This document shows positions 47,052 through 55,104 of a DNA stretch of 64,000 bases, piece after piece. The first letter of the stretch is position 1. The number at the start of each line of letters is the position of its first letter. A program made the translations under genes and the position numbers. The notes beneath the pieces were generated by a model. That model did not search any database. It was not told the DNA's origin and saw nothing but the letters and a program-made list of their open reading frames with translations. The DNA comes from an uncultured Spirochaetota bacterium (lineage in GTDB: Bacteria > Spirochaetota > B62-G9 > DRHN01): contig CAZGJW010000002.1 in NCBI GenBank assembly GCA_964525675.1, positions 7,093 to 71,092 on the forward strand, given 5' to 3'.

Positions 47052-48938
47052 ATGATTTCAATAAAAAAACCTATTAGCGTCATGATTACCGCATTCAGGG
47101 ACGGATTTCAATCGGTGTACGGTGCACGGGTTCTGACGGAGGATTTTCTCCCTGCCGTGGAGGCGGCTGTGGAAGCGGGACTATCCCACTTCGAAGCCGG
47201 GGGCGGGGCCCGGTTTCAGTCTCTATTTTTCTACTGCAACGAAAATGCCTTCGACATGATGGACTCATTCAGAAAGGTTGCGGGGCCGGAGGCAAACCTG
47301 CAGACGCTCGCGCGCGGTATCAATGTCGTGGGCCTGGACTCACAGAGCAGCGATATAATCAAACTGCACGCCCAGCTTTTTAAAAAACACGGAATAACGA
47401 CAATACGGAACTTCGATGCGCTGAATGATGTTGATAATCTCGACTATAGTGGCCGCTGTATCGTCGATGCCGGCTTGAGACATGAGATATGCATTACCCT
47501 CATGGCGCTTCCGCCTAGCGTTGAGGGCGCCCATACCCCAGAATTCTATTTCCAGGTGCTTAAAAATATCCTTGATGCCGGGATTCCCTTCGATTCACTC
47601 TGCTACAAGGATGCATCGGGTACTACCACCCCCGATACAGTGTACCAGACGATAAAGAAAGCCAGATCGAGGCTTTCGAGAAAGGTTCCAATCAGGTTTC
47701 ACACCCACGAAACAGCAGGCACCAGCATCGCAACGAGTATTGCCGCTCTGGAGGCGGGAGCAACGGCAATCGACTGCTCGCTCGCGCCTGTGTCAGGCGG
47801 CACCAGCCAGCCAGATATTGTTGTCATGTACCATGCGCTGCGTGGGACCAACTTTGATATTGGAGTCGATATCGACAAAGTTATGAAAGCGGAGGAGGTT
47901 TTCAAGGAATGCATGGCGGATTATGAGGTATTTCCGGAGGCCTCCAGAGTAGAACCGATGATTCTCTACTCACCGATGCCTGGCGGTGCTCTGACTGCGA
48001 ACACGCAGATGATGCGGGATAACAACATGCTGGACAGGTATCATGAAGTAATTACAGAGATGGGGGAAGTCGTGGCAATGGGAGGATTCGGCACCTCGGT
48101 TACACCGGTCTCTCAGTTTTACTTTCAGCAGGCATTCAACAACGTCATGATCGGGCCCTGGAAGAAGATTGCTGAGGGGTACGGGAAGATGGTGCTCGGT
48201 TATTTCGGCAAGACGCCGGTGCCCCCCAACCCGGAAATCGTAAAACTCGCGCAGGAGCAGCTCAATCTTGAATCGACTACGAGAAGCCCACGGCTCATCA
48301 ACGATGAGGATCCGACAAAGGGTGTGGAAACTGCAAAGGTGATGCTGGAGGAGAACAAACTGCCTGCAACAGATGAGAATATCTTTATCGCTGCTACGTG
48401 CAAAGAAAAAGGCATCATGTTTTTAAAAGGGAACGCGCGGGTGAATATCCGTAAAAGTTCCACTGGAAAAAAATCAGACAATAAACAGTACGTTGGCGAT
48501 GAAGTCTTGCCCAAGCCGGAAGGGCTTAGAAGTTTTGATGTGTATGTCGATGATGAGCACTTCAGAGTAGAGATAAACGAACCGAACGGACTTCCCGCTG
48601 TCTCTCAGAATCCGGGTATGCGGGGCCTGTATCGTCCCCCTGTATCGGGAAATGTACCCGCCGGAAGCGTTTCAGCCGGCTCTGGAAAGAAGAACAATCC
48701 GGGCCAGGTCGGAGAAGGTGAAACAGCGGTGCGCGCGCCACTTCCGGGCATAATTATTCGTTATGAAAAAAAAGTGGGCGACCGGGTAAAGGTCGGCGAC
48801 ACAGTTGTGGTTGTAGAGGCAATGAAAATGAACAATAATATAGATGCTCATTGTGACGGGACAGTAATCCGGATTCCCCACAAGGCAGGTACGAATATCG
48901 CCAAAAACGATGTTCTCTGCGTTATAAAGTACGAATAA
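47052..48938 (+). CDS. pyruvate/oxaloacetate carboxyltransferase (5S / OadA / PycB type) fused to a C-terminal biotinyl domain
   Basis: It has an HMGL-like domain (ITAFRDGFQS...FHTHETAG) and a C-terminal VVVEAMKMNNNI biotin attachment motif. The start is uncertain (46995, 47004 or 47052). Confidence 0.85.
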   Translation: MISIKKPISVMITAFRDGFQSVYGARVLTEDFLPAVEAAVEAGLSHFEAGGGARFQSLFFYCNENAFDMMDSFRKVAGPEANLQTLARGINVVGLDSQSSDIIKLHAQLFKKHGITTIRNFDALNDVDNLDYSGRCIVDAGLRHEICITLMALPPSVEGAHTPEFYFQVLKNILDAGIPFDSLCYKDASGTTTPDTVYQTIKKARSRLSRKVPIRFHTHETAGTSIATSIAALEAGATAIDCSLAPVSGGTSQPDIVVMYHALRGTNFDIGVDIDKVMKAEEVFKECMADYEVFPEASRVEPMILYSPMPGGALTANTQMMRDNNMLDRYHEVITEMGEVVAMGGFGTSVTPVSQFYFQQAFNNVMIGPWKKIAEGYGKMVLGYFGKTPVPPNPEIVKLAQEQLNLESTTRSPRLINDEDPTKGVETAKVMLEENKLPATDENIFIAATCKEKGIMFLKGNARVNIRKSSTGKKSDNKQYVGDEVLPKPEGLRSFDVYVDDEHFRVEINEPNGLPAVSQNPGMRGLYRPPVSGNVPAGSVSAGSGKKNNPGQVGEGETAVRAPLPGIIIRYEKKVGDRVKVGDTVVVVEAMKMNNNIDAHCDGTVIRIPHKAGTNIAKNDVLCVIKYE

Positions 48939-48956
48939 TGTGTGAACTTTCACGGG

Positions 48957-49159
48957 CCTCTTCTAAGTAACTTCTCACGAAGTTACTTCATGATATTCGG
49001 TCCCGAAGTGGCATACGCCTCTTCTAAGTAACTTCAAATAAATTATCTTTGATACCCAGTCCCGGGAGGATGTATCCTGCCAAGAATCGGACGCGAAGCG
49101 ACATATCCCGCCAGGGACATATCCCGCCAGGGACATATCCTTACAGGGACATACGCCAC
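48957..49159 (+). repeat. R2 repeat, copy b, with an extra 61-bp leading unit and four 16-bp tandem units
   Basis: CCTCTTCTAAGTAACTTC occurs at 48957 and 49018. A 10-bp perfect hairpin AAGTAACTTC-tcac-GAAGTTACTT lies at 48965-48988. AAATAAATTATCTTTGATACCCAGTCC is shared with 36824-36850. The 16-mers (c)AGGGACATATCCCGC span 49096-49159. Confidence 0.8.
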
Positions 49160-49183
49160 TTTAAACTACAGGGGAGGTGCAGA

Positions 49184-50593
49184 ATGCAGGCGGAGTTGTT
49201 TTCACACGGTGCGGCTGAAGAAGTTACCGGGTCGAAGCATTTTCTAAAGACAGGAGATCGTCTTTTGCAGATCGACTGCGGGGCTTTCCAGGGCCGGAGG
49301 GAGGAGTCGGATGAAAAAAACAGAAATTGGGATTTTGATGCGTCGGCAGTGGATGGCGTTGTTCTTACTCACGCGCATTTCGATCACTGCGGTCTGGTGC
49401 CGCTTTTGAGAAAAAAGGATTTTGCGGGGAATATCTACACAACTCCTGCAAGCAGGGATCTGGCAAGCCTGATAATGATGGATTCAGCCCACATTCAGGC
49501 AAAAGATCTGGAGTATTTACGAAAAAAGGCGAAAAAGAGAGGGGAAGTATTCGACGGGGAAGCCCTGTACACCGAACGGGATGTCATATCATCCCTCGAG
49601 CAATTCATCACCATATCATACCACCGCTCTTTTTATATCGGTGATAATGTGGAAGTTCGGTTTTTTGATGCGGGGCATATACTGGGCTCGGCCCTTGCAC
49701 TCGTAAAATTGCGACAGAGCTCGGAAGAGCTTGCCGTTGGTTTCAGCGGCGACTTAGGGAGAAAAAACCTGCCAATACTCCGTGACCCGGAGATGCTTCC
49801 TGCAGTGGATTACCTCGTTATGGAAAGCACGTACGGAAACCGGCTGCACGATCCTGTTGAGACTGCATCTGAAAAACTGGCACAGATAGTTCGGCAGACT
49901 GCGGATAAAGGCGGGAAGATCATTATCCCTGCCTTCGCAGTCGAACGCACGCAGGAGCTCGTGTACATACTCCATCTGTTAAATGATGAGAACCGTATTC
50001 CGAAGATACCGGTGTACGTCGATAGCCCCATGGCTACCAATGCCACCTCGATATTCCGCGTCCATCAAGAGTGCTACGACGAAGAAATCAGGCAGGCCTT
50101 TATGGATCACCATGAGAATCCCTTCGGTTTCAACGAACTGACCTACGTGGTAAACACTGAGCACAGCAAGAGGCTCAACACACTCAAAGGCCCGGCAATC
50201 ATCATATCGGCCTCAGGCATGTGTGAATCAGGACGTATTCTGCACCATCTGGCGAACAATATCGAGGACCCTAAAAACACCGTGCTCATCGTCGGGTTCA
50301 TGGCGCAGAATACCCTCGGGCGGAGGCTGCTGGAAAAACAGTCAGAGGTGAGAATATTCGGCGACACCTATCGACTGAAGGCGAGTGTGGAGGTTCTCAA
50401 CACCTTCAGCGCTCATGCGGATTACAACGATATTCTCGAGTACATAAACGGGCTCGAGAAAAGCCGTTTGAAAGAGATATTTCTGGTGCACGGTGAACCG
50501 GAGGCACAGAAAAACCTCAAGGGCCTGCTGGAGGAACGGGGATACCGTATCCGAATAGTCAGATATGGAGAGCGCTATCCTTTGCGAGTGTAA
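49184..50593 (+). CDS. MBL-fold beta-CASP hydrolase (RNA-metabolising metallo-beta-lactamase type)
   Basis: It has HAHFDHCG (HxHxDH) and later beta-CASP-like motifs (ESTYG, HADY). ATG 49184 follows GGGGAGG. Confidence 0.8.
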   Translation: MQAELFSHGAAEEVTGSKHFLKTGDRLLQIDCGAFQGRREESDEKNRNWDFDASAVDGVVLTHAHFDHCGLVPLLRKKDFAGNIYTTPASRDLASLIMMDSAHIQAKDLEYLRKKAKKRGEVFDGEALYTERDVISSLEQFITISYHRSFYIGDNVEVRFFDAGHILGSALALVKLRQSSEELAVGFSGDLGRKNLPILRDPEMLPAVDYLVMESTYGNRLHDPVETASEKLAQIVRQTADKGGKIIIPAFAVERTQELVYILHLLNDENRIPKIPVYVDSPMATNATSIFRVHQECYDEEIRQAFMDHHENPFGFNELTYVVNTEHSKRLNTLKGPAIIISASGMCESGRILHHLANNIEDPKNTVLIVGFMAQNTLGRRLLEKQSEVRIFGDTYRLKASVEVLNTFSAHADYNDILEYINGLEKSRLKEIFLVHGEPEAQKNLKGLLEERGYRIRIVRYGERYPLRV

Positions 50594-50686
50594 GAACGAT
50601 GAAGCGAAGTATCTCCTGAATACGGTATTATTAGCCAACTTTCCGGCAGTGCTGATGTGTCAGGGGTTATTGCTACCGAGCCTATT

Positions 50687-51712
50687 CTATTTGCCCTTTT
50701 TAACGAATGCCTTCAGTTTTTCCAGCTGCTCTTCGCTACCTGATGCGATAAGGGTATCGTTTTCGCGGAGCTTTGCCGATGCGATCGACATGGTTGATGT
50801 CGGATTGACGCGCGTTCTGCCGCCGGTATCGTGTATACCGATGATAAGCGCTCCGGTGCTCTGCCCCACACCGGATTCACGTAACGTCTTGCCTACGAGT
50901 GGTGACTCCGGATCAACGAGTACCTCTTCCAGGCGCATGGGAACATCAACCCCCGCGCCTTCGATGATTATATCGAGAAAGTTTACAACCGAAGGGCGCA
51001 GAATAATCGATGCAAGACGACGGCCAGCAATTTGCTTAGGAGAAATGACACGGTTTGCACCTGCTTTTATGAGCTTTCGTATGGTGCGTTCTTCGCTGGC
51101 CTTGGCAACGATAAGGAGGCCGGCATTGAGCTGTCGGGCAGTCAGCACAGTGAATACATTCGCCTCATCGTCGGGGAGCACTGAGACGAATCCACGGGCA
51201 TGTTCGATATTCGCCTCGATCAGCACCTCGTCGTTAACTGCATCTCCTTTTATAAAGAGAATCGACTCGTCTCGTCCCAGTTCCGATTTCTCAGGATTTG
51301 TATCGATGATGAGGAATTTTACACCGGCCCGCTTGAATTCGAGCGCAACCTCCCGACCGGTATCTCCGCAACCGCAGATTATATAGTGATCCTTGATTCT
51401 TTTTATGTTCTTCTTCATCCGGCGCTCCCGCATGGTCTGTATGAACAGGCCTTCGAATATATATGAAATCAATGTCGTAAATGAGTAACCAACCGTGGCG
51501 ATACTGAAGATGAGATAGATAATGGTAAAGTGCCTTCCCGCTTCTGAGAGAGGGTGCACTTCATTGAATCCGACCGTTGTCAATGTGATAAATGCCATGT
51601 ACAGGCTGTCCTCAAAAGGCCATCCCTCGATAAGGGAATAACCGATTGTACCACCGGCAACGATCAGTATGACGGAACATATTGCGATGAGAAAACGGAC
51701 AAACGGCGACAT
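50687..51712 (-). CDS. 2-TM ion channel with RCK (TrkA-N/TrkA-C) domains; atypical filter TVGFNE
   Basis: It has two TM segments flanking ITLTTVGFNEV, then the Rossmann motif IICGCGDTGREVA and a TrkA-C-like end. Confidence 0.75.
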   Translation of the reverse strand: MSPFVRFLIAICSVILIVAGGTIGYSLIEGWPFEDSLYMAFITLTTVGFNEVHPLSEAGRHFTIIYLIFSIATVGYSFTTLISYIFEGLFIQTMRERRMKKNIKRIKDHYIICGCGDTGREVALEFKRAGVKFLIIDTNPEKSELGRDESILFIKGDAVNDEVLIEANIEHARGFVSVLPDDEANVFTVLTARQLNAGLLIVAKASEERTIRKLIKAGANRVISPKQIAGRRLASIILRPSVVNFLDIIIEGAGVDVPMRLEEVLVDPESPLVGKTLRESGVGQSTGALIIGIHDTGGRTRVNPTSTMSIASAKLRENDTLIASGSEEQLEKLKAFVKKGK

Positions 51713-52000
51713 AGAACAGGTTTTTTTCTCACGAGGTATATTTGTTCGTTGTGTACTATATACTATATAAGCGGCAAATGCAACAAGATATCAGTCTCGG
51801 CCGTTGTCTCCGTAAAAAATCAAATGGTGCAAGAGCGGTTTCTACTGCGTTCGATTTTTACACGTCTGAACCGCTGAAAGTTGGCGATTTGTATCTTCTA
51901 AGATTGACGATTTCAGTTATCTATATTTATTCTTAACGGGAGGGGAACCCGTTGTTTTGGCGATTCGGATATATCGTATCGAAAATGTCACCGTAAACAT

Positions 52001-52158
52001 ATAGGCAAGTGAACTTCCAAACGTAAAAGGTTCAAATCGACACTTGCCTAATGGTTTTTACCTATAGAATGCAATGATAGGTAATTGTAACATAATAAGT
52101 CAGTTGAGCATAAAAATTCTGGTACAAAAAACCAGAATTTTAATGGATAAAACCATAA
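52001..52158 (+). mobile_element. R1 repeat copy D (158 nt, subfamily 2)
   Basis: It runs ATAGGCAAGTGAACTTCC...CACTTGCCTAATGGTTTTTACC...TTCTGGTACAAAAAACCAGAA...GGATAAAACCATAA. It ends 12 nt before ATG 52171. Confidence 0.85.
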
Positions 52159-52170
52159 TTGGAGTGTATC

Positions 52171-54957
52171 ATGTACCTCGCCCTTGTCGGATGCAGTATT
52201 TTTAGGAACGAGATCGAGTTTCTCGATACGCGAATTAAAAACAGCATCGAGTATTACTGGCTTGCACAGCGTCTGCACAATAAACCGCTCGAACTTCGAA
52301 AGATGGTCCAGAATGAAATAGACGCAATCGACAAAAGCGGCAAGAAATATGACGCAGTTATTTTATTGTACGGACTCTGCAGCAAGGGAGTTGCGGGCAT
52401 ATACTCCAAAAACTACAGGCTTGTCATTCCAAAGGTGCAGGATTGTATCTCCATCCTTCTCGGTTCAAGAAAAAGGTATGCCGAGCACTTCAAAGAGAAG
52501 CCGGGCACATACTGGTTTACCAAGGGTTGGATTGAAACCGGTTTCGACCCCGGCAAGCGCACAAAGTACAACGGCGTGTTCGATCCCTATAAGGAGAAGT
52601 ACAAACAGTACAGGAAGAAGTTCGATGAGGAGGTTTCCCGGTACCTCATAAATGAGTGGGATCAGCACTGGATACAAAATTATACCACGCTCGCCTTTAT
52701 AGACTGGGACATGAAGGATTCCCAGCGGTTCAGAAAAAAAGCAGTCCAGAGCGCAAAAAGCCTCGGACTCGAGTTTGAACCCCTTGAAGGAAACCCCCGT
52801 ATACTCCTGGATCTGTTGAACGGAAATTGGAAGAAGGATGATTTTCTCGTTGTTCCTCCCGGCATGAAAATCATGCCTTCCTATACCGACGACATCCTTA
52901 CATGCAGCAGTGAAGAGGCAGAAGCTGCCGCTGTTTCGGATGATTCCGGGCATCGGGAGGCCGGTGCACACGAAAGAAAAGGTTTAGGGCTCGGTATCGA
53001 CGCAGGCGGCACGTATACGGATACGGTGCTGTACGATTTTTCTGAAAACCGTGTTGTTGCATGGGCAAAAGCCCTGACGACGCATGATGATTATACGCGG
53101 GGTATAGAGGCCTCTCTCGATAAACTTGCCGCTGAAATTCCGGAAGAACTATTCAGCACGGTGGGGCTTGTTTCTCTTTCAACGACCCTTGCAACGAACG
53201 CGATAGTTGAGGGCAAGGGAGGAAGAGCCGGTATTATCCTTATCGGGTATGACCGGTATACGCTGAAGGGGATAAGCCTCGAGCCTGCAGTGGTGGTCCG
53301 CGGAAAACACAGCATCGAAGGAGAATCAGTCGAACCGCTCGATCTGAACGAGGCGAAGGCCGCAATCCGGGAGCTCATTTCACACGGTATCGATGCATTT
53401 GCGGTTTCAAGCGAAGTGGGGGCGAGGAATCCGGAGTACGAGCTGAAGGTAAAAGAGCTGATACAGCAAACAACTGATCTCCCTGTTGTATGCGGAAGCG
53501 AGCTCACGGATGAGCTCAACTGTGTGAAACGCGCGAACACCTGTTATTTCAATGCACGACTCATCCCGCTCGTAACGCATCTCTTAACTTCGGTGAAGGA
53601 TGTTCTGTCGAAAAAGGGGGTTGCAGCTCCCGTTATGGTTGTAAAGGGAGACGGGACGCTTATGGGAGAAAATGCTGCAAAGACCAGGCCCGTTGAAATG
53701 GTGCTTTCCGGCCCGGCTGCGAGTGTAATCGGCGGTGCGTATCTTGCGGGATTGAAAGACGGGTACGTTGTCGATATGGGCGGCACCACAACGGATGCAG
53801 CGATCGTCGAAAACGGGTTTGTCGCATTCAAGAATGAGGGTATCAGTATCGAAGGATTCAGAACCGCTGTGAAAACGGTAGATATCCACACCTTCGGACT
53901 TGGCGGGGACAGTTATATTACGTACAACTACCGTGATAAAAGTATTCATGTCGGGCCGCGACGGGTTGTGCCTCTCTGCTATCTCGCGGATCAGTTCCCT
54001 CAGGTTCTTTCACAGCTTTCTGAAAAAAGCTCCGATGCGCGGGGTGAAGAAATACTCGTTCAGCCTGTAGATTATTTTATGTTTCAAAAGGATATACGGG
54101 GCCATGATTTTCATCCCCAGGAAGAGGCGATCGTTTCTATTTTGAAAAAAAACGGACCGATGCCGCGTGAACAGCTTGTGCGAAAAGTCAAGGCATCGGG
54201 TCTCTCTCTTTTGAGAACAGAGCGACTCGAGATGTTCGGATATATATTTCGTTCAGCGCTGACACCGACTGATGTACTGCACGCTGCAGACAAAATTTCT
54301 TTCTGGAACAAAGAGGCTGCAAAGAGAGCCGTCGAACTGTATGCCGTGCGTGCCGGCTGTTCTGCCCGGGAGTTTATGGATCGCGTTCTTCGGGAGTTTT
54401 ATCGAAACCTCATATACCAGCTTTTGTCCTTTATTTTCAGGGAGGATAAAAGTATTCACGACAGGGATGGGCTTTCCCACAACATCTCGCACCACCTATT
54501 CTCCACAAAGAAACAGTTTCATATAGATGTGCGCCTGAAAAAGCCGATTGTATTTATAGGGGCGCCGTCACCCTCGTACGCTGAAAACCTCAAGGAGTAT
54601 ATCGATCTCAAGGTTCATGTGCCGGAGTATAATGCCGTGGCAAATGCAATCGGGGCAATTACCGGCGCAGTGCGAGAGGTGGTTACCATTCTTATCAGGC
54701 CCGAGGAGGGAAGGGGGTTTACCGCATTTGCCCCTGACAGAAAAATAAACTATAAAACGTTGAAGGACGCCAAGCACGCGATGTCCGGGCTTGCGAGTGA
54801 TCTTGTCCGCGAGCGAGCGCGGCTTTCGGGCGCGCGAAACGTGGACGTAAAACTGAAAGTTGAGGACAAAAAGGTTAAACTCTCCAGGGACGATGAGGTG
54901 TATCTCGAAACGGTTATTACCGCTTCAGTGTCCTCTGTTCCCGCCATGAAACGATAG
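52171..54957 (+). CDS. DUF1638-like N-terminal domain fused to a hydantoinase/oxoprolinase (HyuA, ASKHA-fold) region
   Basis: The N-terminal ~230 aa (ALVGCSIF..E...YDAVILLYGLCS...KVQDCISILLGS) are DUF1638-like. GLGIDAGGTYTDTVLYDF onwards is hydantoinase_A-like. GGAG precedes ATG 52171. Confidence 0.65.
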   Translation: MYLALVGCSIFRNEIEFLDTRIKNSIEYYWLAQRLHNKPLELRKMVQNEIDAIDKSGKKYDAVILLYGLCSKGVAGIYSKNYRLVIPKVQDCISILLGSRKRYAEHFKEKPGTYWFTKGWIETGFDPGKRTKYNGVFDPYKEKYKQYRKKFDEEVSRYLINEWDQHWIQNYTTLAFIDWDMKDSQRFRKKAVQSAKSLGLEFEPLEGNPRILLDLLNGNWKKDDFLVVPPGMKIMPSYTDDILTCSSEEAEAAAVSDDSGHREAGAHERKGLGLGIDAGGTYTDTVLYDFSENRVVAWAKALTTHDDYTRGIEASLDKLAAEIPEELFSTVGLVSLSTTLATNAIVEGKGGRAGIILIGYDRYTLKGISLEPAVVVRGKHSIEGESVEPLDLNEAKAAIRELISHGIDAFAVSSEVGARNPEYELKVKELIQQTTDLPVVCGSELTDELNCVKRANTCYFNARLIPLVTHLLTSVKDVLSKKGVAAPVMVVKGDGTLMGENAAKTRPVEMVLSGPAASVIGGAYLAGLKDGYVVDMGGTTTDAAIVENGFVAFKNEGISIEGFRTAVKTVDIHTFGLGGDSYITYNYRDKSIHVGPRRVVPLCYLADQFPQVLSQLSEKSSDARGEEILVQPVDYFMFQKDIRGHDFHPQEEAIVSILKKNGPMPREQLVRKVKASGLSLLRTERLEMFGYIFRSALTPTDVLHAADKISFWNKEAAKRAVELYAVRAGCSAREFMDRVLREFYRNLIYQLLSFIFREDKSIHDRDGLSHNISHHLFSTKKQFHIDVRLKKPIVFIGAPSPSYAENLKEYIDLKVHVPEYNAVANAIGAITGAVREVVTILIRPEEGRGFTAFAPDRKINYKTLKDAKHAMSGLASDLVRERARLSGARNVDVKLKVEDKKVKLSRDDEVYLETVITASVSSVPAMKR

Positions 54958-55104
54958 GCAATGGTTTTTGCCTCAATTTCATCAATTAAAGACGTGCATT
55001 GAGGAAAAGATAGTACAAAAAAGCGTTTTGATAATGGAAGAAAGCCACAGGCACGTGAACAACCGGGACTTTTCAAAACAAGACTTTTCCCGTATACTTA
55101 AGCG

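Noticed and set aside
49096-49159. The tandem 16-bp repeats were considered as a possible mini-CRISPR array.
   Set aside because: The units are contiguous with no spacers, far shorter than CRISPR repeats, and no cas genes are in the window.
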